A stretch of 64,000 nucleotides of DNA from Candidatus Tayloriibacteriota bacterium. GTDB taxonomy: Bacteria; Patescibacteriota; Minisyncoccia; Phycocordibacterales; PALSA-1337. The stretch spans positions 155,787 to 219,786 of the forward strand of contig JACRJP010000004.1 of the NCBI GenBank assembly GCA_016215455.1. Direction: 5' to 3'. The position numbers and the translations under genes were made by a program. Below, piece by piece: positions 19,440 to 30,084 of the stretch (its first letter is position 1; each line of letters opens with the position of its first letter). Below the pieces are notes generated by a model. It ran no database searches. It was not told the DNA's origin and was given only the letters and a program-made list of their open reading frames with translations.

Positions 19440-20168
19440 CTAATGACTTTCAGCAATACCTATAATCACATAGAGAACAAGGAAACCTAATACCGTCATT
19501 ACAGTAGTCCACTTTGTTGGATGTGAATGATGACTCTCTGGAATCAAATCACTTGCTCCAATATACAAGAAAGATCCACCAAAAATCGCTAGAAGTAACC
19601 CAAGGGTACTTGATGAAATACTAAAGAATGAACTCGCAATAACTCCGAGAACCGGTGCTGTAGCATTCACACACAACCATCGCAAAGCTGAAGATTTTGA
19701 ACCTTCATTCTTTACAATCATACCTACTGTATTAAGCCCATCAGAGAAATGGTGTGCAAGTACTGCAAGAGCTACCGTAAAACCAACGAGTGGAGAAACT
19801 TGGAAAGAAAGTCCAATTACAATACCGTCAAGAAAACTGTGAAAAGAAATGCTTCCTGCGCCGAGATACCCTCGCTTTGTCTGATGATGTTCGTGTGTAC
19901 AATCATCTCCATGAGAGTGGAGTAGGAAAAATCTATCAGCAATCATAAAAATAACAAAGCCAAGAGCAACTAAAGAAGTAATGAATCCTACCTCATAACT
20001 TCCCTCACCAAGCTCAATAGCTTCAGGCAAGAGTTCAAACAAAGCTACAGCAACAACTGCTCCAGCACTAAAGCCAAGAATTAAATGCAACTTGTCTTTA
20101 AAACGAAGTGCAAATAAGCCTCCAAGAACCGTTGCAATAAACACACCGATCGTAACAAATATCAACAT
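19440..20168 (-). CDS. ZIP family metal (zinc) transporter
   Basis: His-rich loop HSHGDDCTHEHHQ and the HSFLDGIVIGLSF signature of ZupT-like proteins. Confidence 0.8.
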   Translation of the reverse strand: MLIFVTIGVFIATVLGGLFALRFKDKLHLILGFSAGAVVAVALFELLPEAIELGEGSYEVGFITSLVALGFVIFMIADRFFLLHSHGDDCTHEHHQTKRGYLGAGSISFHSFLDGIVIGLSFQVSPLVGFTVALAVLAHHFSDGLNTVGMIVKNEGSKSSALRWLCVNATAPVLGVIASSFFSISSSTLGLLLAIFGGSFLYIGASDLIPESHHSHPTKWTTVMTVLGFLVLYVIIGIAESH

Positions 20169-20174
20169 GGTATT

Positions 20175-20642
20175 TTAATGATAATTTTTAATAAACTCAA
20201 TAACTTCAGTAGGATGATCGGCTGGTGTTACTTTCTCAAAATGTCGTATAATCTTTCCTTCTTCATCAATAAGAAATGAATCGCGTTGAATGCCCATATA
20301 CTTTCGTCCATACATTGATTTCTGAACCCATACCCCATACTGATGTACCACCTTCTTATCAACATCAGCAAGTAGTGAAAAATTAAGAGATTCTTTTTCA
20401 CAAAACTTTTTATGTGAAGCTTCGGAATCAACACTGATACCGAGGATAACGGTATTGAGACGTGCAAACTCCTTCTCAAGATCACGGAAACCTTGGGCTT
20501 CAAGCGTACACCCTGATGTCATATCCTTTGGATAGAAATACAGGAGAACCTTCTTACCAAGATACGAAGAGAGACTTCGAGCTTCTCCTTCCTCATTATT
20601 AAGGGTGAAATCTGGAGCTTTGTTGCCTTCTTTGAGAGTCAT
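20175..20642 (-). CDS. bcp: Peroxiredoxin Bcp (thiol peroxidase, PrxQ-like)
   Basis: FYPKDMTSGCT peroxidatic Cys motif. 155 aa. Confidence 0.85.
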   Translation of the reverse strand: MTLKEGNKAPDFTLNNEEGEARSLSSYLGKKVLLYFYPKDMTSGCTLEAQGFRDLEKEFARLNTVILGISVDSEASHKKFCEKESLNFSLLADVDKKVVHQYGVWVQKSMYGRKYMGIQRDSFLIDEEGKIIRHFEKVTPADHPTEVIEFIKNYH

Positions 20643-20708
20643 GGTGGAAGAATTAGAGATATTTCCTATAAGACTATGCTACAATAACGCCATTAACTAT
20701 AGCACAAT

Positions 20709-21446
20709 ATGGAACCAACACCACAAAAACAAGGAATCAATCTACCGACAGCAATTGTCATCGCTGCCCTCCTCATTGCAGGAGCAATAGTATGGAATAA
20801 GCCGGCTCAAGTTATTCCAGGAGCTCAACAAAAAGCACCTGAGAATGTACTCGCGCCAGTAACATCAGAAGATCATGTTCTTGGAAATGAAAATGCGCAA
20901 GTATTCATCGTCGAGTATTCTGATACAGCATGTCCATTCTGTAAACTCTTCCACGTTACGATGAAAAAAATCATGGAGAGTTACGGGAAGCAAGGAAATG
21001 TAGCATGGGTGTATCGTCACTTCCCTCTCGATAAACCAAATGCAGAAGGTTTTATCCTCCATCCAAATGCAGGACGTGAAGCACAAGCTCTTGAATGTGC
21101 AGCTGACATTGGTGGTAATGAAGCTTTCTGGACATACACCAATCGACTCTACGACATAACACCATCAGTTACTTCTCAATCACCTCAGGGTCTCGATCAA
21201 ACACAGCTTTACAAAATAGCTGAATTTACAGGACTTGATGCAGCAAAATTCAAGACTTGTCTTGATAGTGGTAAATTCAAAGAAAAAGTTGAAGAATCAT
21301 ACCTCGAAGGAGTTAACGCGGGTGTAGCAGGAACTCCATACAGTTTCATTATCACTCGAAGTGGAAAGAAGGCTCCAATCAATGGTGCTCGATCATACAA
21401 TGAAGTAAAGGCAGCGATTGACGCAATGCTTGCTCAGGAAAACTAA
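20709..21446 (+). CDS. DsbA-like thiol:disulfide oxidoreductase (membrane-anchored)
   Basis: CPFC active site in a thioredoxin fold. N-terminal TM helix. GTPYSFI near the C-terminus. Confidence 0.7.
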   Translation: MEPTPQKQGINLPTAIVIAALLIAGAIVWNKPAQVIPGAQQKAPENVLAPVTSEDHVLGNENAQVFIVEYSDTACPFCKLFHVTMKKIMESYGKQGNVAWVYRHFPLDKPNAEGFILHPNAGREAQALECAADIGGNEAFWTYTNRLYDITPSVTSQSPQGLDQTQLYKIAEFTGLDAAKFKTCLDSGKFKEKVEESYLEGVNAGVAGTPYSFIITRSGKKAPINGARSYNEVKAAIDAMLAQEN

Positions 21447-24400
21447 GCGGTAAGAATTTTACCGAGACGACAATATTCGCAATCTTTTTCACCGCAACCA
21501 TGCTGTGCAAATTCTCCGCGAATGATCTCATGTGCCACTCGTACAACAGTTTCTTGTAGTTCACCAACTTCTTCATCAGTCACTTCAAAACGTTCTTTTT
21601 TATACTCACCTTTTGCAGTGGGTTCTATGAAGTCGAGTTCGCCTGAAGCAAACACATAGCGTTTTCGTTCATCATTCTCGAGAAGAATTCGATAGAAGGT
21701 AAGCTGACGTTTATAATTACCATCTGAATTCTTTGTTTTTCCTTCAATCTCATTACGTGTCTTTGGTTTGCCTGTTTTATAGTCCACCACATTCACCTTA
21801 TTATCTCCATCTAGAATTTCAATTTTATCAAGTTGACCCTTGAGCAATAGATTGATCTTTGTATCATTCACTGTAAGTGGAATATGAACACCTGCCACTC
21901 CAAATTCAGTAACCAATGCCTTATTCCATGAACCTTTGTATGTATCATAATATCCTCCCAAAGATTCATTTCCTTTCTTGAGGCTATCTTTAAAATCTTT
22001 TTCAGAGATGGGTTGAACCGAAAGATTGTGTTCAAAGAGTTTAAGGAAATCCTTCTTCGTCATCGTCTCATCTTCTTTATACTTATTGAAAAATGTTCGG
22101 AGGGTCTCATGAACAGCAGTACCGTACATTTGATGTTTACTTTTTGCTTGAGGTAAGCGAACAAGGTTAACAAAGAAATACTCCCAAGCACATTTCAAAT
22201 AGTTATTAAGGGCTGTAACTGACAAACCTTGATTAATAAAGATATCAAATAGATATTCAGAATTTTTGAGAGACGTATTTTCAGTCGAGGAACGAGCGGT
22301 CTTTGTGTGATGCAATAACGCAAGTCCAATTGCATCTTCATGTGATTTGATAACATCGGGAGAAATTCGCTCAAGGAATTGACCATCTATTTCTTCTATA
22401 AACTGAGTTGGTAACTGTTCACGACCATCAACTCCAGCTTTGGAATATGAAATTGTAATATGTTTTTTAGCTCGTGTGAGTGCTACATAAAAGAGTCGTC
22501 GTTCATCGTCAATATGACCCGTTGTTCCCCCAACAAGACCGTCAAGGTGAAACTGTTGTCGATTTGTTACATTACCCCAATGACCGTCATAGCAACCAAT
22601 AATATAGACACAATCGAACTCAAGACCTTTCGATCGATGAGCTGTCATGAGTCGTACACCTTTACGCGATGTACTTCCTGAGCCTTTTATAAGAAGTCCG
22701 TGCTCTCGTACCAATTCTATATAATGAAGAAAATCTTCAAGTCGATATTCTTTTTTAACCCCCGCCATCTTACGCACCTCGATAAAGAACGAATCGAGAA
22801 CAGAAAGACGTTCAAGACTATCATTACCCTTCATCAAGGAATCAAGAAAACCAGAATCACGAATAATCTTCTCGAACATATCAATGAATGCCGTATGACG
22901 AGCATCTTGTGACCATGCCTGAATCTTAAGGTGTGTAGTAGTTATCTGTGCAGGATCACTCACACGAGCTTCTTCAAGTAAGACTTTTGATCTACAAACC
23001 TCATAGATAGGAAGTCTCTTATGTGAAGCAGTTTGGAGAATCTTATACACATCAAGAGATGAAATACCGAAAAAATCATTAAAAAGAACCTTTCCCCATA
23101 ATTCAGAATTTGCTAAGTCACCGAGCAATAAAAATAATGTGAGTAATTTTTCAACATCAGGATGTTTCAAAATATCTTGATCTGATTCAATACGAAATTC
23201 AACTCCAGCACGATCCAAGGCATGCGCCATAGCAAAGGCATCTCCATTATTTCGATAAAGGATCGCTATATCTTCAGACGGAGTCCCTTCTTTTATTATA
23301 CGCGCAACATCTTGAGCGATAAAAATATGTTCATAGTCATACTTAGAAAATTCATAGACTGAGATCATACGATTGTTCTCTTTCCCATGTGCCTGAAGAC
23401 GGACTCGTTCAGTTCCTTGAGCCGTATGATCAATCAAACTATGTGATGCATCGAGAATATACTGAGATGATCGATAATTAGTCTGTAGATTAATAACAAC
23501 AGCATTGGGATACAACTTTTTAAAATATAAAAAGTTAGCGAGCGATGCACCCTGGAAACGAAAGATTGCCTGTTTTTCATCACCTACAATAAAAAGATTC
23601 GGAGTATCATGAAAATTCGATAATAATTCGAGAATGGCATTTTGAGCACTGTTAGCATCCTGATGTTCATCAGCCAAAATATATTGATATGTCTCTTGAA
23701 GAATCAAACGAAAGTCATCATCTGATGAAAGAGCTTTTACAAATTCAATGATCATATCTTCAAAGTCGTACATCTTTTGAGTACGCAAAGATTTCTCATA
23801 CGCTCTATATATCAACAACAGTTCTTTGTTTTTGTGTATCTGTTTCTCCTTATCAATCCACTCACCCTTCATTTTCCCTTTATGCGCACCTTTACTGTGA
23901 ATTTTATCGGGATTATCAGCAAAATCTTTCTCTGATTGCTGAATATACATCTCTAACTTTTCAGGAGAAACACCTTCTCGTTTAAGATTTTTTATTTGAC
24001 CCAAAACACCACGAACGTAGTGCAGAGGATCTCCATATGGACGAAGTAGATCAAGATCTTCTTCAGTGATACATTTCTCAACGATCTTTGTTTGATCGAC
24101 ATCAGTGATTGCCACAGAACCAATACTTCGAGGAAATCTTTCAGGATATTGCATAATAACTGAGTTCGCAAAACCATGGAATGTAGTGATGGTAACTTTA
24201 TACGCAGCAGTACCAATAATATCGAGAAGTTTCTTTCTCATTGCATGTACTCCTGATTCAGTAAATGTAAGAGCAAGAATATTTTCAGGGGCAGTATCCG
24301 TAGTCCGTAAAATATTTGCAATACGCAATGTAAGGATAGATGTCTTACCAGTACCTGGCCCTGCAATAACCATTACAGGACCTTCAATAGTATCGACAGC

Positions 24401-24457
24401 TCGACGCTGTTCGGTGTTTAATTTTTTATACAGAGAATCAAAAACACTCGTATTCAT
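21443..24457 (-). CDS. UvrD/PcrA-family helicase fused to a C-terminal RecB-like PD-(D/E)xK nuclease (AddA-like)
   Basis: N-terminus: MVIAGPGTGKTS Walker A and UvrD motifs. C-terminus: VDYKTGK...YKRQLTFYRILL plus the Cys cluster CGEKDCEYC, typical of an AddA/Cas4-type nuclease. The ORF is open to 24514; the start was chosen at MNTSVFD (24457). Confidence 0.8.
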   Translation of the reverse strand: MNTSVFDSLYKKLNTEQRRAVDTIEGPVMVIAGPGTGKTSILTLRIANILRTTDTAPENILALTFTESGVHAMRKKLLDIIGTAAYKVTITTFHGFANSVIMQYPERFPRSIGSVAITDVDQTKIVEKCITEEDLDLLRPYGDPLHYVRGVLGQIKNLKREGVSPEKLEMYIQQSEKDFADNPDKIHSKGAHKGKMKGEWIDKEKQIHKNKELLLIYRAYEKSLRTQKMYDFEDMIIEFVKALSSDDDFRLILQETYQYILADEHQDANSAQNAILELLSNFHDTPNLFIVGDEKQAIFRFQGASLANFLYFKKLYPNAVVINLQTNYRSSQYILDASHSLIDHTAQGTERVRLQAHGKENNRMISVYEFSKYDYEHIFIAQDVARIIKEGTPSEDIAILYRNNGDAFAMAHALDRAGVEFRIESDQDILKHPDVEKLLTLFLLLGDLANSELWGKVLFNDFFGISSLDVYKILQTASHKRLPIYEVCRSKVLLEEARVSDPAQITTTHLKIQAWSQDARHTAFIDMFEKIIRDSGFLDSLMKGNDSLERLSVLDSFFIEVRKMAGVKKEYRLEDFLHYIELVREHGLLIKGSGSTSRKGVRLMTAHRSKGLEFDCVYIIGCYDGHWGNVTNRQQFHLDGLVGGTTGHIDDERRLFYVALTRAKKHITISYSKAGVDGREQLPTQFIEEIDGQFLERISPDVIKSHEDAIGLALLHHTKTARSSTENTSLKNSEYLFDIFINQGLSVTALNNYLKCAWEYFFVNLVRLPQAKSKHQMYGTAVHETLRTFFNKYKEDETMTKKDFLKLFEHNLSVQPISEKDFKDSLKKGNESLGGYYDTYKGSWNKALVTEFGVAGVHIPLTVNDTKINLLLKGQLDKIEILDGDNKVNVVDYKTGKPKTRNEIEGKTKNSDGNYKRQLTFYRILLENDERKRYVFASGELDFIEPTAKGEYKKERFEVTDEEVGELQETVVRVAHEIIRGEFAQHGCGEKDCEYCRLGKILTA

Positions 24458-24513
24458 AGGCTCATTATACTCTTTGCTCTCGTCAAAATTATGTTGCCAA
24501 ACTGAATACTTCA

Positions 24514-26175
24514 ATGTATAATAATCTACCTATAATAAAAAATAATATAACCCTCATGCATTTCTTTCTGAGTCGCCTACAGAGTAATTGGAAGTCAGGT
24601 CTTACAGTCGCTCTTGTATCGGTTCCCATGTCAGTCTCTCTCGCTGTTGCTTCAGGAACAAATCCAACTGTCGGTATCATCACCGCTGTATGGGCAGGAC
24701 TCCTTGGTGCAATCTTTGGAGGAAGTCACTTCGACATCATGGGTCCTGCAGGTGCTCTCTCAGGAATCCTTGCAGCTTTCGCTCTTCAGCAAGGAGCTCA
24801 TCTCCTTCCAATGCTTGCTATCGTCACTGGTGTTATTGTCTTCATCTCATACGCACTTCGTTTCGAAAAATATCTTACATTCATCCCTGCAAGTACAGTT
24901 CATGGCTTTACCCTTGGTGTTGGCCTCATTTTGGCCTTTGGACAAATGGGATTCGCTTTTGGTCTACCTACCCTTCCACGACATCAAGAATTTTTTGCTA
25001 ATGTCATCGAAGCATTCAAACATATAGGTTCATCTCATATTCCTACAACAATTACATTCATTGTGACCCTTGCTCTCATGTTTGTGTTCCTTAAATATGT
25101 TAAAAAAGTTCCTCCAGCAATCATCGTTACACCTTTCGCTATTCTCCTCGGTTATCTCGGATATATTGGTGAATTGCCATTTGCACTTCAAACTCTTGGT
25201 GAAAAGTTTCCGAATATCAGTTCAACACTTTTCATTCTTCCAACATTTCATATTGATGTGAAGTTACTCACTACAGCTCTCACAGTTGCGTTCGTAGCAA
25301 TCCTCGAAACAATGCTCTGCGGTAAAGTAGCTGATGGAATGACTGGTACCAAATACAATCGCCGTAAAGAAATGTTTGGTCTTTCAATCGCAAACATCGG
25401 AGCAGGTCTTGCTGGTGGTCTTCCTGCTACAGCAGTTCTCGCCCGAACAGCTCTCAATGCAAAATCTGGAGCAAATCATAAGATGTCACAAGGTATTAAT
25501 GCTGTGTTTGTCGCAATCATCTCTCTCGTCTTCTTAGGGACATTCAAATACATCCCCCTCTCTGTTATCGCAGCTATTCTTGTCTTCACATCAATTCGCA
25601 TGATCGAAAGTCATCATTTCATTCGAATGTATCGCTATGACAAAATAAGTTTTGGCCTATCTCTCATAGTTGCTTTTGCAACACTGTATTGGGACCCAAC
25701 TATTGGAATTCTTGTTGGAACAGCAGTGTCACTCCTCTTCTTTGTCGAAAAGATTTCAAAGGGACAGTTTGAACTTATCGCAAATGACATTGCTCAGAAA
25801 GCAATCGTCGACAGAATTTCAGGGGTTACCATAAAGACCTTGCCAGAAAACTGCGACACACTCGTATATTCAGTTAAAGGAGAACTCGCATATATCAATG
25901 CACAAGCACATATTAGTCGATTCGAAACAATACCAGATCACCATAAAAATATCGTGTTGCGTATGCGAGAACTTTCATTCATCGACCTCGACGGAGTTGA
26001 TGCATTTGATGAAATCGTTGATATTCTTGAAAAACAAGGAAAGAAAGTACTCGTAACTGGTATCAATCCAATTCTCGAAAAAAGTTTTGCTGATAGTAAG
26101 GCGTACACAAGACTTACTGAATCTAAGCTTGTATTTGAACGAACAGGTCACGCACTTAGCTCTCTTGGGTACTAG
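24514..26175 (+). CDS. SulP family anion (sulfate) permease with C-terminal STAS domain
   Basis: SulP TM core GLTVALVSVPMSVSLAVASG and a C-terminal STAS-like region. The true start may be the downstream Met at 24556. Confidence 0.85.
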   Translation: MYNNLPIIKNNITLMHFFLSRLQSNWKSGLTVALVSVPMSVSLAVASGTNPTVGIITAVWAGLLGAIFGGSHFDIMGPAGALSGILAAFALQQGAHLLPMLAIVTGVIVFISYALRFEKYLTFIPASTVHGFTLGVGLILAFGQMGFAFGLPTLPRHQEFFANVIEAFKHIGSSHIPTTITFIVTLALMFVFLKYVKKVPPAIIVTPFAILLGYLGYIGELPFALQTLGEKFPNISSTLFILPTFHIDVKLLTTALTVAFVAILETMLCGKVADGMTGTKYNRRKEMFGLSIANIGAGLAGGLPATAVLARTALNAKSGANHKMSQGINAVFVAIISLVFLGTFKYIPLSVIAAILVFTSIRMIESHHFIRMYRYDKISFGLSLIVAFATLYWDPTIGILVGTAVSLLFFVEKISKGQFELIANDIAQKAIVDRISGVTIKTLPENCDTLVYSVKGELAYINAQAHISRFETIPDHHKNIVLRMRELSFIDLDGVDAFDEIVDILEKQGKKVLVTGINPILEKSFADSKAYTRLTESKLVFERTGHALSSLGY

Positions 26176-26195
26176 AAGGATATACACACGATCTG

Positions 26196-26224
26196 TTGAC
26201 AGATAATAATCTCAGTAGTAGAAT
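26196..26224 (+). promoter_or_regulatory. Putative promoter TTGACA-17nt-TAGAAT
   Basis: Read directly from the sequence; 44 nt upstream of the GC-rich ORF at 26268. Confidence 0.4.
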
Positions 26225-26267
26225 TGTTCGCTAGATCCATCGTAACTGTTCCACCCTATACCCCAGT

Positions 26268-26774
26268 ATGCCTCACGACGCAACAACAGTAGCGGAAGGA
26301 CCGCTAGCTCCCGTCAAAGTGTTCGCGATCACATGTCGCGATCCGAGATTCAAACCCTTCTTTTTGAAACTCCTTGAGGGAATCACAGAAGGGATCACGA
26401 ATGGCTACTTCCGACTGACACAGTTTGGAGGAATTGCTCACCTGAGTGAAAACCTCCCTATCAGTCGCCGCTTCGCCCGATCCATCACCGATGAGATGGT
26501 CATGGGCTGTGGCTTGATGAAACCCGAGGAGCTTGTCCTCGTAACTCATCAGAACTGCGCCGGTTGCAAGACCCTCAACTACATCACAGACGGTGAAGAG
26601 GATGCGGTATTCCAGAAACGAAAACTGGTGGCCGCCACACGGAAACTCCTTCCTCTCGCCCGTCGTTGCGACACCCTCGCGACGATCAGATGTTTCCATG
26701 TGTATGCGAACGGCACATGGGAGGAATTGGCTCCGACTCCCGTAAAACGGCGTCGAAAGAAATCTAAGGCTTGA
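26268..26774 (+). CDS. Hypothetical protein with a CxxC motif (GC-rich island)
   Basis: 168 aa at about 53% GC. THQNCAGC motif and a basic C-terminal tail. No family recognised. Confidence 0.4.
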   Translation: MPHDATTVAEGPLAPVKVFAITCRDPRFKPFFLKLLEGITEGITNGYFRLTQFGGIAHLSENLPISRRFARSITDEMVMGCGLMKPEELVLVTHQNCAGCKTLNYITDGEEDAVFQKRKLVAATRKLLPLARRCDTLATIRCFHVYANGTWEELAPTPVKRRRKKSKA

Positions 26775-26803
26775 CCGAAGAATTTCAACAATTTTTATTC
26801 AAC

Positions 26804-26832
26804 AAAAAACCGACATAGTATGTCGGTTTTTT
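26804..26832. terminator. Bidirectional rho-independent terminator (perfect 13-bp stem AAAAACCGACATA / TATGTCGGTTTTT)
   Basis: Hairpin flanked by an A-run and a T-run between the convergent genes ending at 26774 and 26845. Confidence 0.6.
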
Positions 26833-26844
26833 GTTGTGTTGAAA

Positions 26845-28086
26845 TTAGTAGTTCTTCAATCGATTAATACGATCATGTTGACGAATCTTTTCGTGAGCCT
26901 TAGCTTCAATCTGACGAATACGTTCACGAGTCACTCCGAATTCCTTCCCCACTTCCTCAAGTGTATGTGTAATACCGTCAATCAAACCATGACGCATCTC
27001 AAGAATCTTTCGTTCCTTAATTGAAAGATCATCAAGAATCTCACGTACCTGATCACTCAAAATACGTCGAGATGATTCTTGATCCGGTGAAAGAATCTTA
27101 TCATCAAACAAAAAGTCACCAAGAGTAGATCGTCCTTCATCACTATCATCACCTACTGGAGCTTCAAGAGAAACAGTATCCTGATCAATCTTTTCGATCT
27201 GATATATCTTATCAACATCCAATCCCATTTCTGTTGCAATTTCTTCTGCAAGAGGTTCACGACCAAGGTCCTGACTCAAACGTCGCACTACCTGCTTGTA
27301 CTTCGCTATAGTTTCAACCATGTGTACTGGAACTCGAATAGTTCGAGACTGATCAGCAAGCGCTCGAGTAATTGCCTGACGGATCCACCATGTTGCGTAT
27401 GTTGAGAATTTGAAGCCCTTTGTCCAGTCGAATTTATCAACTGCTTTGAAAAGACCAAGGTTACCTTCCTGAATGAGATCAAGAAGTGTGAGGTCGGGTG
27501 ATCGGCCAACATACTTCTTTGCAATAGAAACAACGAGACGTAGGTTTGCTCGAGCAAGAAGATTCTTTGCTTCACTATCACCAGCAATGATGCGACGAGC
27601 CAACTCCTTTTCCATAGCAGCTGATACAAGAGAATACTGACCAATCTCTTTAAGGTACATCTGGATCGAATCGTATGAAGAGTCTGCTGAACGAGCACCG
27701 TAGGTATACTTCTTTGTTTGTACTGGTTCAGGCTCTACTTCGAGAAGTCCACCTCCTTCGAGAACATCAACCCCTGCTTCATTAAACTTTGAGTACAAAT
27801 CATCGAGGAATGTAATATCAGTTTCGATTGTTGGAAATTCCTTAAGAATTTCATCAAATGTCACAAAACCTCGCTCCTTACCTTTGACGATAAGTCGATT
27901 TGCCTTTGTTTCAAATTCTTTTGCCTTTTGTGCACCTGCGAGCTTTTTTACTGGCGCAGTTTTAGGAACCTTGTTTGTAGGCTTCTTATTTTTTGATATT
28001 GGTTTCTTTTGTTGTGCCACCTTTTTATTGAGAACTTTCGCTTTCACCACCTTCTTCTTCGAATGTGTTTTTGTTGTGCGCTTCAT
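26845..28086 (-). CDS. rpoD: RNA polymerase sigma factor RpoD/SigA
   Basis: Regions 1.2 to 4 present, including YATWWIRQAITRA (region 2.4/3) and a region 4 HTH. Confidence 0.93.
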   Translation of the reverse strand: MKRTTKTHSKKKVVKAKVLNKKVAQQKKPISKNKKPTNKVPKTAPVKKLAGAQKAKEFETKANRLIVKGKERGFVTFDEILKEFPTIETDITFLDDLYSKFNEAGVDVLEGGGLLEVEPEPVQTKKYTYGARSADSSYDSIQMYLKEIGQYSLVSAAMEKELARRIIAGDSEAKNLLARANLRLVVSIAKKYVGRSPDLTLLDLIQEGNLGLFKAVDKFDWTKGFKFSTYATWWIRQAITRALADQSRTIRVPVHMVETIAKYKQVVRRLSQDLGREPLAEEIATEMGLDVDKIYQIEKIDQDTVSLEAPVGDDSDEGRSTLGDFLFDDKILSPDQESSRRILSDQVREILDDLSIKERKILEMRHGLIDGITHTLEEVGKEFGVTRERIRQIEAKAHEKIRQHDRINRLKNY

Positions 28087-28138
28087 ATGAAATATCGATT
28101 ATAGTACCTTACTTTTTAAGGAAATACAAGGGGTCTCA

Positions 28139-29965
28139 CTAGAAGATCTTTGCACTCTTTCGAGTTGATATCTCTCTCATCTTTTCAGTTAAATCCTTAC
28201 ACATATTGAGTAATTCGGTCGCTTTCGATGCATCCTTATCACGCTCAGCCCCTGACAACGCCACCATAGTCTCTGTAAACTTGAGTTTTAGAATATCTTC
28301 TTCCAAATTCAAAAGAAGTTCCTCGACTGATGCCTTAAAACCTTTTGCCGCTGCTGGATCACCAAAACGAGCCTCCGCTTCAAGAATGAGTTCACTTGTT
28401 CGAAGACCAAACTGTGCTGATAGATCAGAATATGAAGCGCCAAGTATACGTTCAAGTTCACTACGAAGATTCATCGGATCAATATTAAAAATATCTTTTC
28501 GTTCTTTTTTCTCTTCAAGGAAAAATACTACACCAAATAAATGTCTGAGAATTGCATCCTGCTTATCAAACTTTTGCTTTGCTTGTGTTACAAAAGTTGA
28601 AGAAGACGGTGTACCTGAAGTGATCGCTTTTGCTTGTTTTGAAATAACATCTTTAAGATCCTCGCGGATAGCATCTTCTCCAAGACCAGCAACATCATGT
28701 ATCTTTCGAACGTACTGATCACGTTGCATTGCTCCATCAAGCCGAGCAATATAAGGAAGTACTCTTGTTTTGATTTCCTTTGGTAAATCTCTTTTAGCAA
28801 CACTTTTAACTACCGTATCAAGTTCGAAATCAATGACATGCTTTGCTTCACGCAAAACCTGTTTCCATTGTTCTTTATCAGCAAGTACAAGGTCAGCGGG
28901 GTCTTTTCCTTCAGGAAGATCAGCGATTTTTACTTCCATCCCCAATGACAAAGCAATTTGAGCTGAACGCATTGCTGCATTTCTTCCCGCTTTATCAGAA
29001 TCAAATGCCAAAATGATATTTGGAGAAAGTCGACGAACAATACCAAGATTGTTGACGACATTTTCTTCAGTAACAACTGAATCTTTAAGGGCTGTACCTG
29101 AAACAGCTACAGTGTTTTTAATTCCAGCCTGATGTGACAATGTGAGATCCATCTGACCTTCAACAAGAATCGTATAGTTTCGAGCACGGATCTCTGTCTT
29201 TGCTTTATCAATACCAAAAAGTACTTCTGATTTTTTGAAAAGTATCGTATCAGGACTATTGAGATATTTTGCTGACTTACCATCATCATGAACAATACGC
29301 CCTGAAAATGCTATGACACGACCACTCGAGTCTGATATAGGGAAAATGATACGGTCTCGAAAACGGTCATATGGGCGAGGTTCTTCCCCTCTTCCTATAG
29401 CCTTTCCAGAGCCTCCCTCAGCCTTTTCTGGTCTCTTTACCAAACCTGCCTGTTCGAGCTCTATATCGCTAAATTTGAGCGTTTTAAGGTGGGTATACAG
29501 GCTTCTCCACTCATTCGGAGCATATCCAATACGAAAATGCTCAATCGTAGCGTCTGTGAGACCACGACTATGAATATATGCTCGAGCTTCAGAATTAGTC
29601 TTAAGACGACTCTGAAAAAAATCAGTTGCTGCCTCCATGACTGCAAGCATTCTTTCTCGGGTATCCTTACTCTCTGATTTTTCAAAAGTAAGTTCAACTC
29701 CAGCTTTCTGAGCTAATAACTTGAGTGCGCCCATGAAATCCAAACCTTCAAACTGTTGAACGAAACTAAAAATGTCTCCCTTCGCATTACAACCAAAGCA
29801 ATAGTATGTTCCCCGATCCGGTGACACAAAAAAAGAAGGTGTCTTTTCGTTATGGAATGGACACTTCCCTTTGAGACTACTTCCTGTACGATCAAGCTTT
29901 ACATACTCACCAATGAGGTCAGCAATGTTAAGTTTCTCTTTAATCTTTTCTACCGGCGTCGACAT
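28139..29965 (-). CDS. dnaG: DNA primase DnaG
   Basis: CHC2 zinc finger CPFHNEKTPSF...CFGC, a Toprim domain, and the classic dnaG-rpoD gene order. Confidence 0.92.
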   Translation of the reverse strand: MSTPVEKIKEKLNIADLIGEYVKLDRTGSSLKGKCPFHNEKTPSFFVSPDRGTYYCFGCNAKGDIFSFVQQFEGLDFMGALKLLAQKAGVELTFEKSESKDTRERMLAVMEAATDFFQSRLKTNSEARAYIHSRGLTDATIEHFRIGYAPNEWRSLYTHLKTLKFSDIELEQAGLVKRPEKAEGGSGKAIGRGEEPRPYDRFRDRIIFPISDSSGRVIAFSGRIVHDDGKSAKYLNSPDTILFKKSEVLFGIDKAKTEIRARNYTILVEGQMDLTLSHQAGIKNTVAVSGTALKDSVVTEENVVNNLGIVRRLSPNIILAFDSDKAGRNAAMRSAQIALSLGMEVKIADLPEGKDPADLVLADKEQWKQVLREAKHVIDFELDTVVKSVAKRDLPKEIKTRVLPYIARLDGAMQRDQYVRKIHDVAGLGEDAIREDLKDVISKQAKAITSGTPSSSTFVTQAKQKFDKQDAILRHLFGVVFFLEEKKERKDIFNIDPMNLRSELERILGASYSDLSAQFGLRTSELILEAEARFGDPAAAKGFKASVEELLLNLEEDILKLKFTETMVALSGAERDKDASKATELLNMCKDLTEKMREISTRKSAKIF

Positions 29966-30010
29966 GTAGCAATTATACAGAACTACGGAGGTTAATAAAG
30001 ACTAGCGGAC

Positions 30011-30037
30011 AAGCAATATTTGAGCTACAAAATAAAA
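30011..30037. repeat. 27-nt direct repeat copy A (AAGCAATATTTGAGCTACAAAATAAAA); copy B is at 31664-31690
   Basis: The two copies differ at a single position (G/A) and bracket the GC-rich gene at 30085-31515 together with its promoter and terminator. Confidence 0.6.
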
Positions 30038-30063
30038 GACCCGCGGCACGTCAGTGTCGCGGG
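30029..30063 (-). terminator. Rho-independent terminator of the 30085-31515 gene
   Basis: 10-bp GC-rich stem (CCCGCGGCAC / GTGTCGCGGG with one G-U) with tetraloop GTCA, followed on the minus strand by CTTTTATTTT. Confidence 0.5.
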
Positions 30064-30084
30064 CTGCTTTGTGGAAAGATTCCC

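Noticed and set aside
26304-26699. Antisense 131-aa ORF overlapping the GC-rich gene 26268-26774
   Set aside because: High GC content inflates random ORF length. The sense ORF has a promoter at the right distance and a downstream terminator, while the antisense frame has neither.
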